DNA of 64,000 bases from Octopus bimaculoides (Eukaryota), in NCBI RefSeq assembly GCF_001194135.2, contig NC_068987.1, positions 64,804,343 through 64,868,342 on the forward strand, given 5' to 3'. Shown one piece after another: positions 37,107 to 49,700 of the stretch. The first letter of the stretch is position 1; each line of letters opens with the position of its first letter. The notes below the pieces were generated by a model. That model was not told the origin of the DNA. It was given only the letters and a program-made list of their open reading frames with translations, and searched no databases. Both the position numbers and the translations under genes were made by a program.

Positions 37107-39409
37107 CTATATTATTTAAGTATGGTAAAATCCAGCAGCAAGTTGGAAAATTTTTTGGTATTATTTATTGAATAAATAATACCATAAAATTTTCCAATTT
37201 CCTGTTTTGTTACATATATATAAAACATATTTAATGTATGTGTGTCATTATACTTTAGAGCTACATGAAACAAAATCTTCTCAGAAAGTAACACCAACAG
37301 CAACTTACAATATCCTACCGAATAGTAATGATATAACTATACAACCACTTTAATGTATAGTAAAGATATAACTTTCCAAACACTGAACAAAATATTGTCG
37401 ACAGGGAACCCGTAGCTGTCAGTTGAAATACATTATTAATTAATACAATTACTAATACACAATACACTACATTAGCATCAATTGTCCTCTTAACACACCA
37501 TACAAACAATAGACTGTATAAATTTCTCCTCCTACTTGGCAGTTACTGTTGTTGTACTGCTGCTATTGTTTTGTAATCGGTTAGGTCAGCCACAATTGAG
37601 CAGACTTGATTTAGTAACCAGATAAATGACTTGAAGAAACTCATCATGTCATATACATGATATTGTCATTCAGTTGAAAACTATACTGTACTGTTCTGAC
37701 ATAAGCAGTAAAATATGTGGTGCAGTGTTACATTCCGGGTATGTTGGGCTCTCTCTGCTATTCAGCCTGTTTCCATGTGTGTATGTATGTTTGTTGTTGT
37801 TCTTTAGCTCGAAGAAAACTATGGTTGAGTAGACCTATGCTCATAGGCATTCCAGCAATGACCACTGTTAGCTGTTTTAAGCCCTTTAGCATTTAAATCA
37901 GCCATGTCCATCCCAAATATTCTATCTATTTTATGTTCAAACTGGACGGATCCTGTCTCTCTTACCTATCCTACAATGTCATTCTAAAAATAAACAGTCA
38001 AAATATTGAAATCTCAAATCTATGATATAATGCAAAATTAATTCAAAATGATGTAAATAAATAAGCATTATATTTGACAGAGTAATCTGAATGCTAAAGG
38101 GTTACTGTTCCTTTTTGACTCTTGGAGTTAAGCAACATCCACTCTTTTGTAAACATGTGGATCAGGTCTAGTTTAGGATGACTTCCTTCTACCAGTCTTT
38201 GAGGCCCTGAAAAATGTCACAGGCATTGCCCTTTCACCTCTAAGTTACGAAGAGAAATTTTCAAAAAACCTCACATTATCTAATGTCTCCTCTTATTTAA
38301 TTCTGTAGGGTGTGGTTGAGGGACATTTGGTTGCTATTTCTAGCAGGTTGAACGACCACAATGGCACCCTTGTTATTTCATATGGCAGCCTCACCAAAAA
38401 CCAGTGTGGTTCATGAAGCACCTAACACTGTTGTGTATAAAAAATGCATTGTATATCTTAGGTGCACACAATTACACTAAAGAATAAGAAAGAATTGTTG
38501 ACATGTCAGACTCACATTCTGAGTTCAAATCTTGCTGTAGTCAACTTTGCCTTTTGTCTTTTTTGCGGTAGATAAAATAAAGAACTAGTTAAACACTGGT
38601 ATGTTGGACTCTCTCTGCTATTCACCCTGTTTCCATGTGTGTATGTATGTTTGTTGCTGTTCTTTAGCTCAAAAACAACTATGGTTGAGTAGACCTATGC
38701 TCATAGGCATTCCAGCAATGACCACTGTTACATGTTTTAGTCCTTTAGCATTTAAATCAGCCATGACCATCCCAAATATTCTATTCCACTTTCTCCCTCC
38801 ACTCAAAATTGCTGGATTTGTGCCCAAACTTGAAAACTATAATCTTTCATCTTTTGTTTTAGTCATTCGACTGCAGTCATCTTTGTTTCTTTCTCTCTTC
38901 TCTCTGTGTTTTTCTCACTCACACGTATTCTCTCTCACCCTCTGTAATAGTTTCTCTCTTTTAGTCTATATCTGTTTCTTTCACACACACACACATGCAC
39001 ACTCTCTCTCTCTCTCACTCACTCACACAAACTATTTACATTTTTTCCTCTATCGAAAAACGTTGTGACAGATGAGGAGATGGAGGAGGAGAAGTAAAGA
39101 ACCACTTCCTCACTTTGCTTCACTGTTTCTTTCTCTCCCCTCTCACTCTCTCATTGGCATTATGAACAGACATACAAATACACAGATATCAGCTAATATA
39201 TAAATATAGATGTGATGTTGTGGTGTGGTAGTGGTAGCATTAAACGCTGCTTATGATAGTTGACTTATAGAAAGATTATAATGTTAAATTTTTGTAATGC
39301 AAATATGCAAATGAAAATAAAGTTTATTTGGTAGCTGAAAGATTACAGAATTTTCTGATACTCCATATGCCAAAATTGGCTATTAAGTTTTTGAATGCAT
39401 AAGGAAAAA

Positions 39410-39448
<39 letters not shown>

Positions 39449-39953
39449 AAACAAGTAAAAGAGTATACACACACATCATCATCGTCATCACTATTTAATG
39501 CCTGTCTTCCATGCTGGCATGGGCTGGAAGGTTTGATAGGAACTGGCCAGCTGACTGGACTACAATTGTCTGTTTTGGCATGGTTTCTATGCCTAAATGC
39601 CCTTCCTAATGCCAACCACTTCACTGGGTGTGCTGGGTGCTTTTTGCATGCTACTGGTAGGAGTGCATTTTTGTAGCATTGGCATGAATGCAACTTACGT
39701 GGCACAGGCACAAATGCATGTCACATAACACAGGCACCGGCAAAAGACATGCCTGTATGTGTGGATGGCTGTGATTTTACTTAGGTTGGTGTGTCTTTTC
39801 AAGTACAGCAAATCTCCACAACTCCCAGACCCTTGTCATTTCTTCAGCATCTAAAGATCCTTTCTCACCACTTCATCCCAAGTCTTCTTGGGTTTACCTC
39901 TTCCACAGGTTCCCTCCACAATTAGAGAGTAGCACTTCTTTAAACAGCTGTCC

Positions 39954-40048
<95 letters not shown>

Positions 40049-41126
40049 ATATGTGTGTAAAAATCATTGTTCACTGATCAAATTTGACAAGACTGTTTTG
40101 CTGATGAGGTTCAATAAGGCTGAAACATGTCTTATTATTTTATTCTGCATTCTGTTTTGCACTTTCTTCCTTATAATCTGACCGTGGAAATTGTATTTTG
40201 TCTGTCACTATATCTGTGGGTTTAGATTTTCTGTAAACTGCTGAAAATGACACCTCACTTTGAGTATGCATTCTCACACTGAGTAAAATGATGGTAGGGT
40301 CTAACAAATGGCTTATTTAGACAATCACCGGAGGAGGTGCATTTTACAAGTTGGACATATGATAATGATTACACAATACGTCATCAATGTACTATGAGTA
40401 AAAAAGTGTGGAAACAATCGTAGTGATTTCGAATAATGCCTTCCATTCTTATAGACTGGCCATGCTGGGGCACCACCTTGAGTATTTTTAGTAGAACTAA
40501 TCGACTCCAGTACTTATTTTTATAAGCCTGGTACTTATTCTATTGGGAAAGTCAGGGCTGTACCAGTTTCCATAATTGGTTTTGGCTAGATTTCTACAGC
40601 TGGATACTCTTCCTAATGCCAACTCCACTGAGTGTACAGGGTAATTTTTACATGGCACCATCACCAGTGCCTTTTAAGTGGCACTAGTACCAGTGTATTT
40701 CATGTGTCACCAGCACTCACACTAATGCCACATGTGACACTTTGGTTTTAGGATCTCAATTCTGGTGTAGTGGATGGGTCTTTCATCATCACCAACATTT
40801 AATATCTACTGTCTCTCCCACTGCCTCCTTTATTCTTACTATTCAGTTTTTTCTCACTACACTACTTCCACTGCAAGTAAACATATCAGTCCTTTCTGAT
40901 GAATGTTTCCAGCTGAAACTTTAGATTTAGCCTTCTTCCTTATGATAGCATTATTCACTTCTATTTTTGAAATTCTTGTATTTATTATTTGCCAATATGG
41001 ACTGTCTCTGGTTTCCTTGGATTCTTTTGTTTAGCTTTAAAGTATTGCAGACATTGACTTCTACAATGGCAGCATCAGACTTATTCATAATGCCTGGTTT
41101 TATTGAAAAGTCTCTCTCTCTCTCTC

Positions 41127-41188
<62 letters not shown>

Positions 41189-41559
41189 ATTGTGGTGTGA
41201 TATCAGTTTATGTCAAGTATTTCATTGTAAAAATGCATTGTATTTCTCTGTAATTATGTGAAACCACACAGTTATTCAGACTGTGTAATAAAATCATGTC
41301 ACTCAAATAAAGGATGAGAGAGGGATAATAATAGAATACGAGGTGCATCACAATTGTAATATGCATGATAGGTGTAGGTGTGGCTGTGTGATAAGAAGTT
41401 TCTTTCTAACCACTTGGTTCCGGGTTCAATCTCACTGCATGGCATCTCAGAAAGCATCTTCTACCGTAGTCCTAGGCCAACCAAAGCCTTGCAAGTGGAT
41501 TTGGTTGGCTGAAACTGAAAGAAGATGGTCATTTCCATTTCCACCTCAAGGCCACTCTC

Positions 41560-41700
41560 TTCTGCTGCTCTAGTGACCCAAATACCTGGCAGACAATCAC
41601 CAAAGACCACCTAGAGTGGCAGCATCTCATTGTGAAGGGAATGGACCAGATGGAAAATAACAGACTTCAAGAGGCAGAGATCAGATGTCAAAGACACAAA
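41560..41700 (+). mobile_element. RTE-clade LINE ORF2 C-terminal fragment
   Basis: TKDHLEWQHLIVKGMDQMENNRLQEAEIRCQRHK resembles RTE A.DR..WR..I..G...FE..R.... Confidence 0.5.
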
Positions 41701-42179
41701 AATACATACATACATACACACACTCATGCATACATACACACATACATACATACAAACGAACAAACAAACAAACTATCTTAAATTAACAGCCACAAATCTT
41801 GCAAATAGTTACCTAGGGTTTTCTGGTTGAAATTATAATTTATTCCACCATTTATCAAACTGAAAGCAAAACCGTTTGTCAGTTGATTTTTGAGTAGATA
41901 ATGTTTAAACAAGAGAGGACAAAAAGAAAAAAAAACACAAGGGAGATAAACCACATTACAATAATTTGATGTCAAGCAGATATAAACCAGATGTTAACGG
42001 TTTACTAAGTACGTACTTTTAAATTCTGATAAGATATATTTTTTGAAATGTGGTCATAAAGAAAAAAATCACATTCCTCAAATTTATGTATTTGTTGAAG
42101 GCTCTCAAGTGTTTTGACAAATATAGTTTTTCAACATTGATACAGTTTTTCAGCATTTTAATAGATACAGTTTTTTTTT

Positions 42180-42464
42180 TTAACATTTTCTAGACCTGCT
42201 AATACAGAGTCTGGATTTAGCAAGGATTCTCCATTTGATATTGAGATTGGTTCTTTCAAGTTTCCAGACTAAAGCTGAAAGGGTTGAATACCTCTTATCA
42301 TGGTACCTAAAGTTCAAAAGATGGTTGTTATATCTAGATTTAAATTTTCTTTCTGATGCTCTGATAATACATTTGATATTTGTATGACCATTGTCATAGT
42401 TTGCTGAAACCTGTGCTTCATAAACAATGTGGAAGATATATCGCACTCCTGTCCTAGAGGACAT
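42180..42464 (-). mobile_element. Penelope-like element GIY-YIG endonuclease remnant
   Basis: IVYEAQVS..RASERKFKSRYNNHLLNFR..STLSALVWKL..IKWRIL..SRKC matches the PLE endonuclease pattern (VVYQA.V..FKTRY.NH..SF..T.LSK.IW.LK..I.W.I..C). Confidence 0.8.
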
Positions 42465-42625
42465 TTAGATTTGTCTCTGCATGTGCACCCGAGAGAGAGA
42501 GAGAGAGATGGCTGTATGGCTAATAAATTTGCTTCACAATCACATGGTTTCAAGTTCAGTCCCATTGTGCAGCATCTTGTGAATGAATCTGGGAGATGGG
42601 AACAGTAGGAAGCCTGCTGTATAAT

Positions 42626-42660
<35 letters not shown>

Positions 42661-43043
42661 TGTGTATCTGTGCATATGTTTGTATGAACATGTTTGAATG
42701 TTGACAACCTGTAGCTTTGGTTGCTGGAAGTTGTAAATTATATTTGCATTCCTTGTTGACAGTATGACTGATCATGCTGTGCATTAAAAGATTTGTAAAA
42801 TAATAAATCCCTCACTTGAAGACAGAGGTAAGGGTTGGTGGTAGGAACAGCATAAAGCTGTAGAGTCAAATACATCTGTGTCTAATTCATGCTAACATGG
42901 ATGTGATGTTAAATGAATAATTGAATACATACACACTGGATCTTGAATGTGTGTGTGTGTGTGTTTAGAAAATCTGCCTCAACAAATTCTGTCTGATCCA
43001 TGAAAACATAGAGAAGTGGATGGTAAAAATGATAATAACACAT

Positions 43044-43076
<33 letters not shown>

Positions 43077-43209
43077 TTTTGTGTTAGAGATTCAAGATGA
43101 AGATGGTTTTTTTGTCTGATTGTTGAATCAAATATTTGACTGTATGGTGTATTTGATTATTAAAAATATATAACTTTATTTATTCATTTTTCTTTTGTAG
43201 AAACTCATT

Positions 43210-43945
43210 ATGGCAAGTGGAGAATCTAGCCAGTCTTCCCGAGTACCCCCACCGAGACCTACCCCGCCAGCTAAAATACTATATAAGAGGTTTCAGAAGC
43301 TCTTTAAAACATCACTGCAACTTGCCAATGAAGGAATTGTATTTGATGAGATTGGAAAAGCTAATGATGCTATTAATATGTACACAATGTGCCTTGAGCA
43401 CATCAAGTTCAGTCTCGATGTTGATCTTGACGATCAATACCTGTCAACAGATGAACAAACATCTTACCGAGACATGCTTCACAAATTGACCAAGACAAAG
43501 ATGCAAGTCGAATCACGCCTTGATATGCTGAACGTTGTGAATAATACCGCAACCGACAGTAATTCAAATGTAATGAGTCCACCTTCCTATGAAGAGGTCA
43601 TGTCCGGATCTTTTGTTGGTGCTCAAGATGGAGCAACTGCTTCTAGAAACACTCACTGTGCCAACCGCCGTGTCTCACAGAATGCCACGCGGATATTTTT
43701 CATACCAGAAGGTGTACAGCTGCTCTATATAACTCCGGAAGGTTATGTCACAGCTCCTTCCTATCCCACTGCCCTCAACATATATCGCATAGATGAAGAA
43801 GACACCAGTGAAACTGCCAATACCACACCTCCCGCTTTCTTACAGGTTGGAGAATGGCTCTATCCACTCTTACCTGGAATTTCCCCAGTCTTACATGCTT
43901 CATATGGAGCGTATATATTCCCTGACATGCTTGCACCAAGAGAGG
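43210..43945 (+). CDS. SPART: Spartin coding exon 1 (MIT domain, PPxY, ubiquitin-binding region start)
   Basis: Acceptor tttcttttgtag ends at 43200, ATG at 43210, donor G|gtgagt at 43946. It covers most of the 249-aa ORF in the track. Confidence 0.95.
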
Positions 43946-46742
43946 GTGAGTATCAGTAGTTATTTTTATTTTAATTCATTTTTCTTTTTACTCTCTTTTT
44001 GCTCAGCAAACTTATTCCTACCACCATTCTTTGATATCTTGTTCATTTCTGACGTCATTAGTATTACTGTTACTATTGTCCAACGTATGCTAGCATGGAA
44101 CATGGACATTAAATAATGATAATGGTGGTTGTCACAAATAGTATTCATTCATCATCATTTTAATATCCACTTTTCCATGGATCAGATGAAACTTGTTGCG
44201 GCAGTTTTTCTACAGCTGGATGCTCTTAAATGTCTATTTCTCCCTAATCCTTTAAACAATAAACAGCTTAGTGACCAAACATGTTTTCACAGCAAATTGC
44301 AAATGAAGACACTACAATGCACACGCACGCACGAAGGACTTCCTGCAGTTTCCACCTGTCAATTCCACTTACAAAGCATTGATCAGCGCAAAGTCATAGT
44401 AGAAGACACCTGTCCACAGTATCATGCAGTAGGAAAAAGTCAAAATGATGCTGTAAAGCAAGCCTTTAGCCACACACAGCCATGTTAGTGTCCTCAATAT
44501 TAACATTAATCACATCACTATTATCCATTTTTAAACCTTTCAGTTTCTAATTTCCTGTCAAAGTATCATTTCTGTTGTTGTAGTAGTTCTGTTAATAATA
44601 ATAGTCTCTGCTCTCTCTACAACACTCTGACTATTCTACTAACCAAGACCGAAAACATTACAAAGAGCATCAGCCTACCTACATCATCATCATCATCATC
44701 ATCATTTAATGTCTGTTTTCTATGCTGGCATGGGTTGGACAGCATAACAGGAACTGGCAAGGCCAGGGGCTACACTAGGTTCCATGGTCTGTTTTGGCTT
44801 GGCATCTATGGCTGGATGTCCTTCCTAATGCCAGCCACTCCACAGTGTGTACTGGGTGCTTTTTAAGTGACACCATCACTAGTGCTTTTTATGTGGCACC
44901 AGCACCAGTGCTTTTTACATGGCACCAGTGCTTTTTACATGGCACCAGCACCGACACCAATGCTTTTTATGTGGCACTTTGGTTTTAGGATCTCAGTTCT
45001 GTTGTGGTGGGCAATACAGATTCCACATTATTATCATCCTTCTCCATTATCTTTATCAACTTCTCTAGCACTATGAACTTTTCTTCATCCTTTATTTTCA
45101 CTGACATGACCACCACTCACCATGTCCTCACATCCTCATCATTATCATTTGTTACCATCTCTATCACATACAACTCCACATTCTTCATTCTCTTTATCAT
45201 TACCTCTACCATCATCACCATCATTGCTTGCCATACCCTTGTATTGTTACTGCCACCAATACCACCATCATCAACATAACCTCTGTATATCTACATTCGC
45301 ATGGATCAGCCATAGAATCCATGCCAGAAGAGAAAATGGAGCCAGGTGCAGCCCCTGGCCTTACCAGCTCCAGTGAAATCATCCAACCCATGCCAGCATG
45401 GAAAACAGACATTAAATGATGATGATGATTTTCCATGCTTGCATGGGTCAGACAGAATTCATTGAAGCATATTTTCTAAAGCTGGATGCCCTTCCTGTTG
45501 TGAGCACTCACTCATTTCAAAGTTAGGCTAAGATAGTAATTCCCCATGGCCTGAAATTGTTTTTTATGGGAAACCATTTGCGCGTGATCGTCACCAATGT
45601 TGCCTTCCTGGCACTTGTGCCAGTGGCACATGAAAAGACATTCGAGCGAGATCGTTGCCAGTGCCGCTGGACTGGCTCCTGTGCAGGTGGCATGTAAAAT
45701 ACACCATTTTGAGCATGGCCGTTGCCAGTACCACCTGACTGGCCTCCATGCCAGTGGCACGGTAAAAGCACCCACTACACTCTCAGAGTGGTTGGCGTTA
45801 GGAAGGGCATCCAGCTGTAGAAACTCTGCCAAATCAGATTGGAGCCTGGTGTAGCCACCTGGTCCACCGGTCCTCAGTCAAATCGTCCAACCCATGCTAG
45901 CATGGAAAGCGGACGTTAAACACCGATGATGATAATGGTGTCCTAATATTTTTCTGTTATGTTAAGTGATGAGATGAGCTGTTTTTCCATATTTATATTT
46001 CTTGATTAAGTTATTATTAGCAGAGTAAACATTGGCCATTGACCTTATAATCTGTTTTCAGATCTACCTCCAATGTTTTGGTTGTTACATGGGAAAATAA
46101 GATGTGTGTGTGTGTGGCTGCATTTTATGTATGTGTAAGATTGAATATGTGTCAATGTATTGTGTAAAAGTGCCTGTGTGTATACTATGTGTGTGTGTGT
46201 GTATGCATGATGGAGTGAATATGGTGTGGATGTGTGTATTGTATGTGTTTTTATGTGTGAGAGAGTGTATATGTGTATGATTGCATATATTGTGTGTATG
46301 TATGTGAGAGAATGAATATTTTATGTATAGGTGTGTGTGTGTGTGTGTGTGTGTGCATACCTTTATATATCATCATCATTTTACCTCTACCTTTCCATGC
46401 CTGGATCAGACAAGAGTATGTCAGGAGGTGCAGAAGTTTCTGTGGCCAGATACTCTTCCTGTCACCAACTCCCACTTGTTTCCAAGTGGGGTAATAATGT
46501 CCCAGTCTGTCAAACAACAAACGACCTTTGCATATTTATATAGAGAACTGGAAACAAATGACAAGAGGTGATTAAACTTTTAGTTTCACAAAGATTGCAC
46601 AACATGCCAAGACATGTCAAGAAGATATGCTTTTGTGGTGGATGCAAGCAAATGAAACTACTGTTAGCAAAGCCATTGTTTAAAATCAGTGTGTGAATAT
46701 ACTTATGGATGAGGGAAATAGGAACTCACATGCACACACACA

Positions 46743-46773
<31 letters not shown>

Positions 46774-49700
46774 GCGCATGACTAATTTCTTTCAGTTTCT
46801 GTCTAACATATCTATTCACATCTAGTAAGCGAAGGGGCCAGTATATAAAGGAAAAGAAGAAAACAAGAACTACACGCACAACAACAGAAATTGTAAAAAA
46901 CTTACTCTCTTCCCTTTTTTTTCTCCCTCTTGTCCATGTATCCATTAAAACTCAATATGACTGAACTTTCAATAATGTACATTTGTTATATCCTTCGCCA
47001 AACATTTACTTTGATATTAACTATCCCTGTGAAACTCATTGAATTCTGTGAACATTTGATCATTTGATTGCTTAAACATGTCTGTCTGATTCCTATTTAA
47101 TAATTTTAAATCCTGTTAAAATCCTCTTGTTTTAAATATATTTATACCATTGATAGACAAAAAATTGTTGAAACTAGTTTGGTATGTATGTGAATAAATC
47201 TGTTTACAACAACTACATGTTTTTCAAATTCAGGTGTATTTTCAAACCCCAAAACAAATTCTCCTATATTTTTTCTTGTGTGAGAATACACCTCCCCCCC
47301 ACGTATATATATACTGGAACTGAAACTGAAACAACACTGTTGGAAGGCAGGTTTAGAGAAGGCACAAGCCAAAACTACGTGTCCTTCTGCTCCATCGGTC
47401 ATTTGAAGCTCAGACAGTGTCACGTGACCGTTAGCTGGTGCTGGCTGCTGGAGCCTACTGGCAAGTATTTACAGGAAAATTTGGCATGATGGTCATTTGC
47501 CCGCTGACATTCGTTGACGCTGCATTGAAGAAACAAAAGAAAAAGGAAGCAGAAGAAATGCACTCAACACCAGAGCTGAAGACACCTCTGAAAGGGGAGC
47601 TCCGCCATGTCAAAAACAGTAGAGGAGTAGGGGCTGAAACCAGATATGGTTCCTCCTGATGATGTCTTTCGCCATTGGATCCTATAAAGGAGCTGTTGTA
47701 TGAAACGTGGTTGGAATCCTTACCCTCATATATATATATGCTATGCTATGCTTCTGTGAGTGTGTATTGAGCATATTCATGTTTTTCAAGAAAATAAACA
47801 GCATCTAACCATATTGTTTATAATATATATATATATGTGCATATAAAGTTGCAAGCTGGCAGAATTGCTACTGCACCAAGCAAAATGCTTAGAGGCATTT
47901 TGTTTGTCTTTATGTTCTGAGTTCAAAATCTACCAGGGTTGACTGTGATTTTCATCCTTATGGGATCAATAAAATAAGTACCAGTTGAGTACTGGGGTCA
48001 ATGTAATTGATTTACTCCCTCCCCTGAACTTGCTGGCCTTGTGCCAAAATTTGAAATTAATTTATATATGCATATGTGTGTGTGTGTGTGTGTGTGTTAT
48101 GCCAGATGTTACTTCTGTAACATGGTTTCAACTTAATATCCATGAATTTAGATTTGGTGATCTTCAGTGGACTTTTTTGGTTGCTGGTGATGCAGAAGAC
48201 AAGATTATGGCATGTCATGTGGTACATTACATCACCACTGCTCTGTGTTGCCTTGGAATAAGATTATCGCAGTATTATCACAGAATATATTTGGCTTTGT
48301 ACTCTGCTTTTGACCTCCTTCTCTGTTTTTTTTAGGCTGTTCAGTTGGTCTTATATTACCAAAATCATTGTCTCCGGAGGAAAAAAAGGAATTTGAAGAC
48401 TTACTTTCAAACCTCACACACCTTGAACGACAGCCCCGTGCTGAAAGACCTCGAGTTTTGGACCTTGGGGAAAAGAGTATTAGTCAGGAAGAGGAAGAAA
48501 AGACCAGTACAAAAGTCGCCAAGGGTATAGAAAAAGGTTTGGGATGTTTGTTTATTTTTTGTCTTTTCCCTTCTTTTCACTGCAGTATTCTTACCATATA
48601 TGTTATATCTGTTACGCAATTATTAGAAACTTTGTTTGTAACTTACTCTTAACCTCTCACTGTGATTACTGGTAGAACCTCATTAAAGTTTGACTAAATG
48701 GTTCATGTGAGCTGTCTGAACTGTATATAGTAAATGGCTAAATGTAGGCTTAGGGATTGTCAGTGTTATTAGTGAAGGTCCATTAGGATTTTATCCCCAG
48801 TTCTTGTTTCATTATCTTAATTCTCATGAGACATAATAAGGCTGTGCTGGTAGAAGTATTTGTGAAAGCTGCTGTATGCTGATACCATAGCTCTTGGTGT
48901 TGAAATTGATCAAGGAATTTATAAAGAATCTTTGAAATTAATGACAATAGATTTTTACTGAAGGGCTTGAAAGTAAAATATAGCTCTCATTAAAGTGGTA
49001 ACTAATAGTTGGAATCACTGAAGCTGTAACAGTATCTGGGATATGGATTCCTTTGATATGCATGAAAGGTATATCATCATGAACAATACTGTTGTCATTA
49101 GAATGAATTAATGCATTAAGTATACACTGACAGCACATCTTGGACTTCTTTACATATAGCTCCAATAATTGTTGTTGTTGTAGTTGTTGCTGTACTAGTT
49201 GCTTCTGCAACTCCTGTTGCTGTTCTTGTTGCTTTTGTAACTGTATTATAGAAGCTAATAGGTCTTCCATCATTTAACAAGTTGTATCACAAACAAACTG
49301 TTAAATAAGCTACGTGAGCTTTGAAACCCTAATCGCCAGATATTGTGTCCTCCATCTACAAATGTCGTGGTACTGCCATGATATTGTGACGGATGGTTTA
49401 GATACACTGTACCAGTGTAGCAACAGTAAACAAGATAACGATGCAGCTGTAATAACAACATAATGATCCAACAATCTCGTCACAAACCAACAATCAGTAT
49501 TTCAAACAAACTAACCAACCGACACCTTCCGACTTCACTGCAAACTCAACTTGAGCTAATACAAATTTTACTCCGACTGCTATTATTTATATTGCTTGGT
49601 CCAGTCTATTTCTCACTAGTGGGTGTCGTGACTCTCATCACAACAGTTATCATCAACAGTGTTTTCTTTACTGTATTATTCTTTCAGTTGCTGAACTCAT

